DNA of 64,000 bases from Tubulanus polymorphus (taxonomy: Eukaryota; Animalia; Nemertea), in NCBI RefSeq assembly GCF_964204645.1, contig NC_134030.1:20420210-20484209 (forward strand), in the 5' to 3' direction. The translations under genes were made by a program, and so were the position numbers. Under the pieces are notes generated by a model that made no database searches, was not told the DNA's origin, and was given only the letters and a program-made list of their open reading frames with translations. Within the stretch, counting starts at the first letter, position 1. Every line of letters starts with the position of its first letter. This document shows positions 28,101-39,589 of this stretch, in pieces.

Positions 28101-31100
28101 GCATCCGCGAATAATCCAACACCACCAACTACAACTGAGCACACAATCACAAAGAATCTTCCCGATCCCGAACTTAAATCCCGGAACAAAAAGCAATCAG
28201 ATGTCTTTCCCGTCGAATGCCTATTAAAATCACGGAAATCGAAAGGTCGCTTACAGTACCTAGTACAATGGGCTGGTAACTATCCTCCCTCATGGGAGCC
28301 ATCAAGAAACGTATCTAAAGACCTAATTGAAAAATTCCGGCTGGATAAAAGACAATGATCTTATCGTGTCGTTTTCCATCTATTTTTCAGACAATGATGA
28401 TTTATCCAATATTTTTCATACTGATGGTGATGGGTACAGGGACCGGTGCTGCGAGGGAAAGGTTGATACTCCGGAAAGATTACGGTGTCTTGTTTACGCA
28501 ACAGGGCCAGATCGACAACGCTGGGTCAGCATGGAGCCACACGTATGCTCTACCTTGGCTGCGTTATCCCCTGCCGCACATGACACCACCTTCCTGCCCG
28601 GGTTCTCCACCAATGATACCTAGAACTAGCTCGGAATAGTCACCAAACACAAACGATATTGAAATAATTTAAAGCTTGATTTATTGTTGAAACGAGTCAA
28701 AGAGAAAAGAGCTAAGAGAGAGAACGAGAGCCAAAGAGAAAGAGAGCGAGGAATAGAGAGACATGAATTTATATTGCTCCACTAGACAATGGCCAGACAC
28801 GTCAGTAGGACAAAGTCCGAATGACCAGTGCCGAGTGAAGTGGACGGTTGGGATTAAAGAGATAAAGACAATATTGCTTTTGATATGATTAACATACGGA
28901 AATATAGTATAACATGTTTGTAATGAAAACTGAATAATGACTTAGATATTAAATAAATACTATCCTCTGTATCAATTGGGCTTATTATTTCCTGCTTTAG
29001 AATACTGAAATAAGCCCAACGTTCATTGAAATATCCAACAACGGTGAAAGTTTGATTACTGTATACATGTACTGTAGGTTTTCATGTTGTATGAATATTT
29101 TGCAGTTCAAATGGGTATGATGCTGATTCCAATGTACAATAAACACATGAAGTTAAATGGTCAAGGACAGTCAACACCAAGATATCTCTCTTCGACCGAT
29201 GTTGTACCATAGAAGATCTGATTCTTTCAACTCAAGCAAAGTGATTCTACACGATCGACATAACACTGGAATAGGTTTGTAATGACTAACAGTTCATTTC
29301 ATTTAGTCCTATGCATTTTTTAGCCAATTTGGCTTTGATTGTAATTGAAACTCTAGTAAGACGATTTGAAAAAACACAAGTTATGCTTGATTCTCATATT
29401 CAAATTTAATTCAAATTTGTTCTATTACATCATATTTACAAAGCGTATCATTGGTTCATACAGTAATAAAAATTAGGACAGAACAAATATTATTATAGAA
29501 TTTTCAAAAAGGCAATGAAGTTCTATAACTAAATGAACACTATTTTTTAGCTCGGCTGTGACCGAAGGTCAGCGGAGCTATTGGGTTAGGGGTAAGCCGT
29601 CATCGTCCGTCCGTTCGTTCGTCTGTCAACTTTTTCTTCAAATCGCTACTAGTCGTGCAGTTTTAATCAGATCAATTCCAAATTTGGTATCAGTGTTCTA
29701 TGGACCTAGCCCTAAAAAGTTACTGAGCCATTTTTGATTCTTCTCCCAGAGGGCGCCTTATGGGGTTGGAGTTCCTATTTCTTCAAATCGCTACTCGTCC
29801 TACAGTTATAATCAGATCAATTCCGAATTTGGTGTGAATGTTCTATGGACCACGGCCTATGAAGTTACAGAGCCATTTTTTGATTCGTCCACCAGGGGGT
29901 GCCCCTGGGGGTGGAGTTTCTATTTCTTCAAAATTGCTATTAGTCATACAGATTTAAACAGATCAAGTTCAAATTTGGTATGAATGTTCTATGGACCAAT
30001 GCCTACAAAGTACAGAGCCCTTTTTGGATTTGGCCAAAAGGGAGCACCCCTGGGTATGCAGCTTCCATTTCTTCAAATCACACAGCGGAGCTATATAAGC
30101 CGATAGGCTCCTTGTCTCATAACTCAGATCGAGAGTGACTCTCCCGTTTATTAGGAAACACACGCAACCAGTGGAATAGGTTTGATTTACACACATGTTG
30201 CAGGTATCAATTGTTAATCACTATAGAATTTATAATCCATAAAAGCCAAAATCAGCCGGAAACCCAGACCAGATCAATTCATAATTTATTGATTGAATCT
30301 ACACTACAATATATGTATTTATTCAAATATTTCAATAAAAATATTAACTTCTTCAATCTATTCTAAATCATAATACGTTCTTATCTGTGAATTCACTCAA
30401 TCTATCGACTCAACAGGTGCTTAAGATGGGTTCTTAATAGGACAGATCCATTTTTAAGCGTGGTGATAATACAGTATCATGATGTTTGAATGCCAAAATA
30501 AATGCCTGGTCAAATAAATTAATATTTGTTGATTATACGTCCGCGTATGTTCGGTTTCAAAGCTGAATCACATTTGACGTTTACACAGTGGTTGCATATT
30601 AGGTTCGAATCTGTCAATGCATTTTATACTATGTATCGGTATTTCAATTTACTACAATTCCCATCATTCTGAATGGCTTTGCAGAAAACACGTCATCGCT
30701 GCTTCGCAGCTATATTTAAAATTACTGTTTTCGAACTAACTTGTTCCTATGGAAAATGAAATGGATTGGTGAATCTCATTCTTATCAAACCGAAGGGGAA
30801 TTATTACCGACATCCCAGGCATTCAAGGTTAGAGCAAATGACGACTCAATTTTAACTAATTTCTTACCGGTATCACGAACTACGATCAGATCAAGCTGAA
30901 CAGGTTCCGGATTTGTAGGTGTTTCCTTAACAAGACATCTAAATGATGATCCATTGTGAAGTTTGAAATCTGCCTTGAATGTCAGATTAGCGTAAACAAA
31001 TACGTTCTGTTTGATATATCTGTGAAGTCGTTTATCTCCAAGAACTGGTCCCCACGATTCTGAACCGCGTCTCCTCTGTTCAAACATCAACGTAGGCGTC

Positions 31101-31543
31101 GATTTGTCAGTCCTTGCTCTACACTTATAAAGCACATTCTCCCCTTGTTTCTTCTTGTCTGGCTGACCACTGAGATCAGGAAGCAGGTGAATAAATCGAT
31201 GGAAACCTGAAACATAGTGTCTCATTTAATCTGCATGTTATTTGAGAGATTCTCGCGGTTTCGCGTAAAAGTATAGAATATGGATTATTATAAGAACCAG
31301 AAATCGTCATGATTTGAACGTCGACATTTTTACAGCCAATTGTGAATAAATAAGTCAAAGGAAATAAGTACGTATGTAAAAGCGTTGTTTAATAGAAAGG
31401 CCATGTAACGACTTAGAAAGTTAGATGTTTTCGAGTTTGAGTAACTTACTTCTCTTTCCCTTCACTCCAGACAATTCTGCATTGTGTACGTTTCCCAGTT
31501 GCAGTAACACGATGCAGATCAGTACAGACCAGTTCCTCAACAT
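12651..31543 (-). CDS. A1: type I membrane Ig receptor with mucin stalk, ITIM-like motif and 5 tandem YxxM motifs, ~421 aa, 5 exons
   Basis: Exons 31543-31450, 31206-30868, 15139-15114, 14091-13817, 13182-12651; GT-AG introns, phases 1,1,0,2; 1266 nt open; same exon order as A2 and A3. Intron 2 is ~15.7 kb and filled with TEs. Confidence 0.75.
13817..14091 (-). CDS. A1 exon 4: Thr-rich stalk + transmembrane helix
   Basis: tttttag acceptor and gtatga donor; translates APLGPRY...(TTDR)n...[24 protein letters not shown]. Confidence 0.85.
14262..15062. repeat. Intronic 39-bp minisatellite, ~20 copies (ctctggatccagttccacagttgtgtgggtttaatttga)
   Basis: Directly visible; shorter, more degenerate arrays lie in the same intron of A2 (~36700-36945) and A3 (~60210-60510). 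Confidence 0.95.
15114..15139 (-). CDS. A1 26-nt micro-exon (DHSNLDPAP)
   Basis: tttcag/gtgagt boundaries; same 26-nt length in A2 (36653-36678) and A3 (60165-60190); converts phase 1 to phase 0 as needed. Confidence 0.8.
18165..18548 (-). repeat. Tandem ~55-60-bp units, each with a hairpin agggttttctgt...acagaaaaccct; probably an amplified end of a Helentron/HINE-like element
   Basis: About 7 units; a single copy of the same hairpin with similar following sequence lies in the opposite orientation at ~16860-16950. Confidence 0.7.
21767..22500 (-). pseudogene. C-terminal fragment of a membrane-type ORF belonging to the minus-strand LTR shell
   Basis: 224-aa ORF with two hydrophobic stretches, upstream of the minus-strand PPT; its 5' part is replaced by the plus-strand gag. 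Confidence 0.5.
22510..23965 (+). pseudogene. gag: Gypsy gag, 5'-truncated and interrupted by a TRIM
   Basis: Q-G-x-x-E-x-V...F-x-x-G-L retrotransposon gag motif; CCHC knuckle CNYCQRSGHSERTC; removing the TRIM rejoins NY-DRQQFP...QGN*. Confidence 0.85.
23120..23912 (+). mobile_element. TRIM (terminal-repeat retrotransposon in miniature)
   Basis: LTRs 23120-23313 and 23718-23912 (TG...CA; differ by one T); PBS tggtggcagcg at 23316; PPT aagttgaagggggtag; 4-bp TSD acga; ~400-bp non-coding interior. Confidence 0.92.
24349..28358 (+). pseudogene. pol: Gypsy pol (protease, RT, RNase H, integrase, chromodomain), disrupted by frameshifts and deletions
   Basis: ILIDSGS; RFCVDYRKVN; IYLDD; TDASA/VTDH/ADALSR; HHCC zinc finger and IDCVGP; C-terminal YLVQWAG...SWEP chromodomain; split over 4 ORFs; the MPFGL segment of RT is deleted near 25718. 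Confidence 0.95.
28394..28600 (+). pseudogene. 5' fragment of an env-like third ORF
   Basis: Polypyrimidine-cag acceptor just before the ATG; signal peptide MMIYPIFFILMVMGTG; then RKDYGVLF...WSHTYALPW; cut off at the antisense PBS/LTR. Confidence 0.55.
29543..30115 (+). mobile_element. Non-autonomous Helentron-associated (HINE/DINE-1-like) element
   Basis: T-run; 5' subTIR + inverted copy (agctcggctgtg...cagcggagct); (gtcc/gttc) microsatellite; three 145-bp core repeats; 3' subTIR cacagcggagct and short hairpin agccgataggct. Confidence 0.8.
30868..31206 (-). CDS. A1 exon 2: Ig domain (339 nt, phase 1-1)
   Basis: YKC...FRC cysteine pair with 61 residues between; tttcag/gtaaga boundaries. Confidence 0.85.
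31450..31543 (-). CDS. A1 exon 1: signal peptide
   Basis: [31 protein letters not shown] followed by a gtaagt donor; near-identical to A2 and A3 exon 1. Confidence 0.85.
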
Positions 31544-31789
31544 CCTCAGATTTTAATTTCAAACTCCCTGATAAAACTTTACAGATTAGTACGGATCAGC
31601 GTCCCCTGCCATACCTGCAGAGTAGTAATGCTCGTATGACAGATACAAAACATTTAGTCCCGCATCGCTCAGGTGAAATTGATACGGAATATTTGGATAA
31701 TGAATGGTAAATACGATTAACTATATATAAATATATATGTAAATAGTACGATAACCTGTACACTCAAACGTGGTGAATAGATTATAAGA

Positions 31790-32005
31790 TAAAAACCCAC
31801 TATTTACAAATAAAAAAGAATTCTAAAATCGAGAATTTAGTTATTAAAACAATCTAAAATATAATAACACGTTTCGATCATACATGACGATGATCTCTAG
31901 GGTGTGATCGAAACGTCGTGTTCTCATATTTTAGATTGTTTCAATAAATAAATTATCGATTTTAGAATTCTTTTAATTTGTAATCAGGGGGATTATATCT
32001 TAATA
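31790..32005. mobile_element. Long hairpin with a degenerate hammerhead motif; likely Penelope-like element terminal remnant
   Basis: Inverted arms aagaattctaaaatcga.../...tcgattttagaattctt around tgacgatgatc...gatcgaaacgtc; related sequence at 43640-43730. Confidence 0.55.
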
Positions 32006-32445
32006 TAAAATATTCATATGAATGTAAAAATATCCTTACTGGGCATTGTTCAATTTGACTGGAGCTCTCGGTGAGGCGTGAACGCGGATATGCAAGAAAA
32101 AAGGCTGTATACGTCCCTCATCATACCGTGGACTCTAATACGTTTTAGAGTCCGTGATCATACGTAGCCGGGCAGTCCATATCGACGGAACAGGATTACT
32201 GGATGAATATCGGTAATGCGACTGCTATGCGCTGGGAAATACTAACTTTGTCAAATCATCCGACCGTGCAACAACGATTAATATTAACCCAGAGTGTAAA
32301 ACATTGATTAAACTTCAGAAGTCTATCGTAGGTTATAAGACGACCGTGTTGCCGTTACGGAATAGTTTTATTTTTCATACCGCACAAAATACGTATAAGA
32401 TAAGAGATATCGTAGTGAAGATGTTCATATCGTCCTCGTTCATTT

Positions 32446-32607
32446 CTATTGACAGTCCTTCGAACAAATAGCTGGTTTTGGACTCTGGCATATAACATCG
32501 TTCCATTTACCACTACCTCGATACATTTCAACACAACGTTCGACCATACGACGACGACCCTTCCATCCGGTTACACTCGGCTCCACGGGAGCCGAATTCC
32601 TGAAATC
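32446..32607 (-). pseudogene. Isolated terminal exon of a C-type lectin domain
   Basis: tttgcag acceptor, then DFRNSAPVEPS...ERCVEMYRGSGKWNDVICQSPKPAICSKDCQ*: EPx, C, WND-x-x-C and final C pattern of a CTLD. No upstream exons found. Confidence 0.75.
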
Positions 32608-33264
32608 CTGCAAACAGATAAAAAAACTTCCTTATGAATCAAACCAGAATCAGTTATATTAATATCTAAGGATAAACCAAGGTCGGATCGAGGAGCAAAA
32701 TCGTTTAATCGCCAGTATAACTTAACTAACCCATTCTGTCGCGGTATTAACGATTTTGCATAAAAACATGTGCACTGAAAGTAAATATCGGTGAGGCTTT
32801 TTCGACACTTGACTCGTGGATGTGACCATTTTCGAGAACAGTTTTGATCAATAATTGGTCGTTTGTATACAATCAGTTAGCACGGTTAAAAATGACACAT
32901 TTTCATTTTGCACATAGATGTATGACAAACATTGCATATACATGCTTTTACACAACGTTCAATTGCTCAATTCCCAATCAAAAGCGAATACCAAAACCTT
33001 CCTTAAGCAGAGCTGAAAATCATAAAAGTACTGGAAATTGAATGAATGAATTCCTCTTTATTCGGGTTTGTCCAGTAATTTCTTGCTATATAATTTAGCC
33101 TCAAACCAGCAGATATAGGACATATTTTGCATGTACGAATATTGTACGAATGTCTTGCGTCAATTCCAGCGCCCACCGCCTGTTTCGACTAATAGATCTT
33201 GACTTCAGACTTTTTATCTATCGTGTAGATGCGAGTATGCAAAATTGAGTCGAAGTCCCGGTTC

Positions 33265-33485
<221 letters not shown>

Positions 33486-33669
33486 AAACATACTTCAATC
33501 AAACATACTACCAATCATTATCCAAATCTTCCGTATCAATTTCACATGAGCGATGCGGAACATAATGTTTTGTATCTGCCATACGAACAGTTTCGAATCA
33601 GGTATGGCAAAGAACTGATCCGTTCTTTTCTGCATAGTTTTACTGGGTGTTTGAAATCAAAACCAGAGA

Positions 33670-36600
33670 ATGTTGAGTAACTGGTCTGTACTGATCTGCA
33701 TCGTGTTACTGCAACTGGGAAACATTCACAATGCAGAATTGTCTGGAGTGAACGGAAAGAGAAGTAAGTTACTCAAACTTGAAAACATCTAATGACTTTC
33801 TTTCTTTGGTCGTTAGTTACATTTGCAAATATCTCACTGCGAACGACGAGTAGGCACTAGAGTTGATTTAAGAGAAAAAATTGTTTTATCGCGATAGAAT
33901 ACCTCATATGATGTATATATAGAAACATTACCAAATGTTTGCATAGTTTTTGATATGATAATGATATGATTTACTTTGTTGAAATAAATCTTACCAAATT
34001 AATAAGGTCATGGAAAACTTGTTTAAGATTAAATGTTAAGAACAACTTTGATGCATCGTTTAGCTTATACAAGAAAACAGAAAAAAATGAAGATAATAAT
34101 TAAAAATGAAAGGAAACACTGCATGGTACAGATCATATTATAACGGTTTTTTTCTGAAAATGCAGGCCTAAAATAGCTAAAGGCGTTTTGAATTAGTGCT
34201 AATTTAGTGATAATAAAAAAGATAAAAAAGGATTGTTGGCCATTTAAAAAAAACAATTTTTACTTTTTTTCATCTTAATCACACCACCATAATATATGTA
34301 TCTGTTTATTTATGTGATATGATTTTAGATTAATTATTAGAAAACTATACATGATACAGATCATATCATAACCTTTTTCTGGAACATGCAGGCCTATACT
34401 AACTCAAGGCGTTTTGAAATTAGTGGTAATGAAGAAATAACAAAAACGAATTGTTGGCTATTCAAAAAACACTTTTTAAATTTCTTAATCTAATCATACC
34501 ACAATAAAGAACCTAGATGTAATGAAAATCTGTTATCTGAAAATGCGGATATTTAAATCATGTAGAATTTGGGTTAAACGGCGGTGAAACTGATTTGTCA
34601 GAGCAGTTTTCATTCTACTGTTCAACGAAATGTCTCAAATAACGTGAAATCATTGGACAAACCATTATTTCCAGGTGCTCTACAGTTTATTGGCCAGCGT
34701 CCTGTTCCCGCAGGTAAGCCGAACAGGATAAACCAAGGACAAGAGGTAGAATATGTGTGTAGAACAAAACCTGGAAAGTCGGTGACAACGTTGATGTTTG
34801 AACAGAAGAGACGAGGTTCTGAATCGTGGGGACCAGTTCTCGGGGACAGGCGACTCGACAGATATGTTAAAGAGAACGTACTTGTTATCGCAAAGTTGCA
34901 ATTTAAGGCAGATTCCGAACTTCACAATGGAACGACTTTAAGATGTCTTGTAAAGGAAAATCCTACAGATCCGGAACCTGTTGAGTTTGATCCGATAGTA
35001 GTTTTCGACACCGGTAAGTAACAATTGAAATGCGTTAATCACGAACCAACCTAGAGAGGTGGTGGCTCGTCGAGATTGCGTTGCCACTCATCCAGGGGCG
35101 GATCCACAGGCTAATTTTGAATGTCTTGTCCCAAAATGGCACTTTGATGTTCAAATAGGAAATGTTAATGAGACTTCAGAAATGCACTTTCATTTTTGTT
35201 GACAAAATGAAAAAGTGCTCCAAGAAGATTTATGGACTTGTTCAAATCTCTAAAGTCCCCTTGGATCCGCTCTGTGAATAGCATAGTCAGCTAGGATGGA
35301 CTATTCATCTGCGATTTGGTTCGAGTTATAACGGCTACACGAACAGTTTCCGCGTAGGATCTGTGGCCACTTTCTATCATAAACGGAATTTACTTTGAGC
35401 TTTTATAAAATAGTGTCATTAATATCAAGGTATCTCTCGTAAACTATGATAGATAAATTGGTTAAACGGCAAAAATAGCTGTTTAGTCTTTGTTAGATTG
35501 TGTGTTCAAGTAAGGACCTAATCCATTTAACATAAAGCCATTGTATATCATCCATATTTAGCATATTTGCTTTGTCTAACAATAAAAATGGCGAATGTTA
35601 GATAGATAAATGTCATTTCGTTCTTTCAGTAAAATCATAAATTTGATTATCAGAGAAAATAAACAAACCGATTTTCCTCATTCTTCAAGTCGATGATATT
35701 TGATTCCCGTTTTGCTACGTGCATATTAAATAGAATAGAACTAAAAGCACAGTTTTAATCATCACTCGTAGTACATCACTCTATTATTTAGCCCGATTGA
35801 AATTCATCGATCAAGCAATTATTTTCAAAACGACAAGTTACCAGAGAAGCAAGACTTTGGATAAAAATGATAAGTTTGACGCTGGTCGGTAATTTTAGAA
35901 AAAGAAAACCAAATATTGCTTTTTTAGTAATAGCCTTAAAATAGAAAGTTTAAACTGTGATGGAACTATACCGCATTCGAGAGAAAAGTTGACGATTTTA
36001 GAGACCAGAGAGGCATTTCTGTGAAAGTGTAGATAGATGGAAGCGGGTCGAGCTCACTATTTGTGGGTTTTCATATCAGAGATCAACTTATCAATTAAAC
36101 CAATTCCTCTGAAGCAGTTGAGATAAGTAGAACAATATTGTATGTTTCGCATCCAATTTTGAGCTATTAGTAATTAGGAAAGCCTCTCTGATGGTCTCGA
36201 CCATATCAACAAAAAATGTTCTGAAGTTTTCAATTAATTCAGACGTATTTTCATGATCGGGCCAGTCAGTCTGAACGTGATCGTAAAGAAGGGCACTCAC
36301 TGATCTAAATAAATCTTAACCTAAACAAATCTAAACATTCGCAATGTTGTCAGAATTAATACATCAATAAATTCTGCAAATATCTCCGCTCTGCAGTATT
36401 GTAAGAATATCCAAATCTTTTGTTGCCGGTGTATGTTAGGAGTAATCTGTACAAATGATAGTGCGTTTTCGAAGAAGCGACCGGTTTTATTCTGAGTTAA
36501 TACTTGTTTCGTCTCTCTAGTTTTGCTACTTTTTGTACTTCGAGACAAATCGGTAACTTCCATATTCATAATGCTCAATTTTATACACGTCTGCAAACTA

Positions 36601-38590
36601 ATCAAACCTAAACACGCTGAAAGTTAATTCTGCTTGTAACACTTTATTTCAGATCATTCAACTTTGAATCCATCATCGGTGAGTACCTGGAGTCAAATAA
36701 AAAACACACATTTTGTAGAACTGGACCCAGAGTCAAATTAAACCCACATAACATTAGAACTGGATTCAGAGTCAATTTAAATCCACTTAACATGGAATTG
36801 AGTCCACAGTCAAATTAAACCCACACTTGATGGAAATGATCCAAAGTCAGATTAAACTGCGCAACTGTGGAATTGGGTCCAGAGTCAAATGAAATCCACA
36901 CAACTGTGGAACTGGGTCCAGAGTCAAATGAAACCTACACATCTGGGTTCGGTATCAAAAAATGCACAAGATGAGCTGAACCAAACAGAATTAATGATAA
37001 CTAAAGTCAATTGATCGTTTAAAATCGTAATAATTCTCAGATTTTTGTTTACGTTCAATAGCGTAGATACATCGATCAGACTACAGTGGGTCCCAGTAAC
37101 CGGGTCGCACCTGACCAGACCACTACTGACCGGACTACAACTGACCAGACCACTACTGACCAGACCACAACTGTTGGGACTAAAACTGACCAGATCCCAA
37201 CTGATCGGTCTACAACCGACTGGACCAATGTGATACTATACATCATCAGCGGAGTTACTGGATGCATTTTAATCATTATAATCGCTGAAATCATTATGCG
37301 CAGGTATGAAATCATTCGGTTATACAAGATTGTTCAGCGTGATGATCTAACCTTCGAAAACATAATATATGTCCCTTTTACCATCGTCTAGCTCATATCG
37401 GCGTCAAAAATTCACTGTCCAGACATTCGATTTCGCATATAAGCTTATTTCATAAGTTAGGCATTCGACAGTCATTCGATTTCTTAAATTAAATTTCATT
37501 AAATTTCCATATTATTATAAGCATTCTGGTTCCATTCGACTTTCTTGGATGCGCTACGCGAAACATAAATTATCTATTAGATGATTCCTTACTTTTGTCA
37601 TTTCTTGGAATATTATATATTCCAAGAAAATATATATCCAGAAAATCATATATTTCGATATTTTTTTTAAATTATCACACAGGAAAACGACTTTCCTAAG
37701 AAAGATGAATGATAACTATGTCCAGACATTCGACTCCCAAACAAAAGTTTTTGATTTCAGTACCGTACGACTCTGACGTCGTATCAGCGTCGTTGACGTC
37801 GAATGTCTGACATATTCCTGGACAGGGCGTGTCAGGATAGGTCCAAGACCAAATGGCACATAATGGATGTTCCGTCCTCAGAAATAACCCGATGTTGGGT
37901 TGGGGGTAGTGACTTATTTGGAGCTGACTACATCACGAATTCTAGTCACCGTTTCTTTTTAAATTCGACTTAGAGGACTCAACGACTTTAAGAATTTTTA
38001 AAACTCCGGTCCAAATGATTTCAAGATTTAGGTTTGATACTTATAAATGAGTTAACTTGGCCTGTTGGTCATGTTGGATTATCACATGACATGATTTGTA
38101 TCATCCGATAGATTATCTTAATTCACCCTTTCGATGGAAGTTCGTTAAAGTTGCTTGTTATTCTATCCTAGAATATATTACCCATTTCAGACGCAATCGA
38201 CCGTCCGGTGAAGGTCATGTGGATAATCCAACACCGCAGCAACAGGTTGATGAAACAACATGCGAGATGTTAAGTATCTACGAAGAGCTTGATGATGGCA
38301 GTGATTCCGATAATCTTTCAAACAAATATCGAGTTAGAAATGCTGAAACTGGATTACTGCATAACATTCACAAGGACTTTGAAGCCAGGAAAGATAAAAC
38401 TTCCTACATGGATATGGAAGCCGGGAAGAACATAGATACAACTCCTTACGTGGATATGGAAGCCGGGAAGGACATAGATACAACTCCCTACATGGATATG
38501 GAAGCCGTGAAGGGGACAAGATTGGAGAAAGATGTAGCGACCACCATGGATACGGAATCCAGGGATAGCAGACAAGACGATGGAAGTTGA
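33670..38590 (+). CDS. A2: type I membrane Ig receptor with mucin stalk, ITIM-like motif and 3 YxxM motifs, ~366 aa, 5 exons
   Basis: Exons 33670-33763, 34675-35013, 36653-36678, 37062-37303, 38191-38590; GT-AG introns, phases 1,1,0,2; 1101 nt open; [25 protein letters not shown] followed by RRRNR. Confidence 0.85.
35093..35274. mobile_element. Small hAT-like MITE
   Basis: Termini caggggcggatcca.../...tggatccgctctg. Confidence 0.5.
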
Positions 38591-39589
38591 GAAGGCAGTG
38601 AGTTCACACAGAAATGTGATATTTAACTTTAAATCTTACGCTCTTTTACACTATTTGGAATTTCATCACGAACAATCGCGACTTAGATATAAGAATACAT
38701 AAAAATAATCAAAATGTATTGTGATAATTCGTAATTTTGTCATATAAAGCTTTTTTATACAAGAATCCAATTCATCGGAAAAATGTCTTAAGAACAGAAA
38801 AAGTATATGTTATTTGATATACATGTTTTCCTTCCTTATTTTGCCTATGACGGTTATTTCTTAGTTTCCCAGCTCGATTTGATTACTCATCTAACCTCAA
38901 GGTAGAACGACTGTAAGCGGCTAGCAACTAATAGTGCCGGGATTGTTTTCGCTGGATCGAAATAGTTCACGACGGCTTGGAAGCTGAAGTATGTACTAAG
39001 CCGGTTTTGCGATAGATGGCGCATGGAAACTAGGTATCATCACACAAGCACATATCGACAGTGACGGTTCGTCTGAAGTAAGAACAAAAAATGGAGTCAC
39101 AAGGCAACCCAGTTTCACGAAAAAGTTTAAGCCTAAAACGGTTAAGTTTGAAATGTTGTCCTCATTGAAAAAATGAAGTACCCAATAGCAATTACACCAA
39201 AAATTTGAGTTAAACTTTTGTGAAACTGGGCTCTGGCCGAAGAAATCACCACAACACATTAAGATATATTTAAAAATCATAAATTGCAAATCAAAGATTT
39301 TACGATGGCTGCAGGGAATGTCAGAGACAGGCGACCTTAAGTCGATAAAAAAAATTAGTTCCGCTTTTGCTCCGCGCAAAAACAAAAAAAAAACAAATAT
39401 TTATTTTTGCGCGGTGCAAAAGCAAATAAATAGCGCCAAAAAACGAAGCGATTTGTTCTTGCGCGTTAAATGTTTGTCTATCGCGGTAATATTTGTTTTT
39501 GCGCGTTTTTGTGGATGATGAAAAAAAAATATTGCCATGTCCCGAATCTGCCACCATACATTCACCTTGCCACGCGGGTTTGCGGGCTT

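Larger units (their letters stand above)
19735..28974. mobile_element. Composite Ty3/Gypsy LTR retroelement in A1 intron 2
   Basis: 361-bp LTRs at 19735-20095 and 28614-28974 (tgatac...gtatca; I see 3 differences); 4-bp TSD attg. PBS (tggtggagaacccgggc) and PPT (gtgaaggtggggcata) are on the minus strand, but gag-pol is on the plus strand. Confidence 0.9.

Noticed and set aside
33670-38590. Naming type A as CD28, TIM or Alr
   Set aside because: Similarity is only in architecture and short motifs; I cannot see sequence orthology, so no gene symbol is given.
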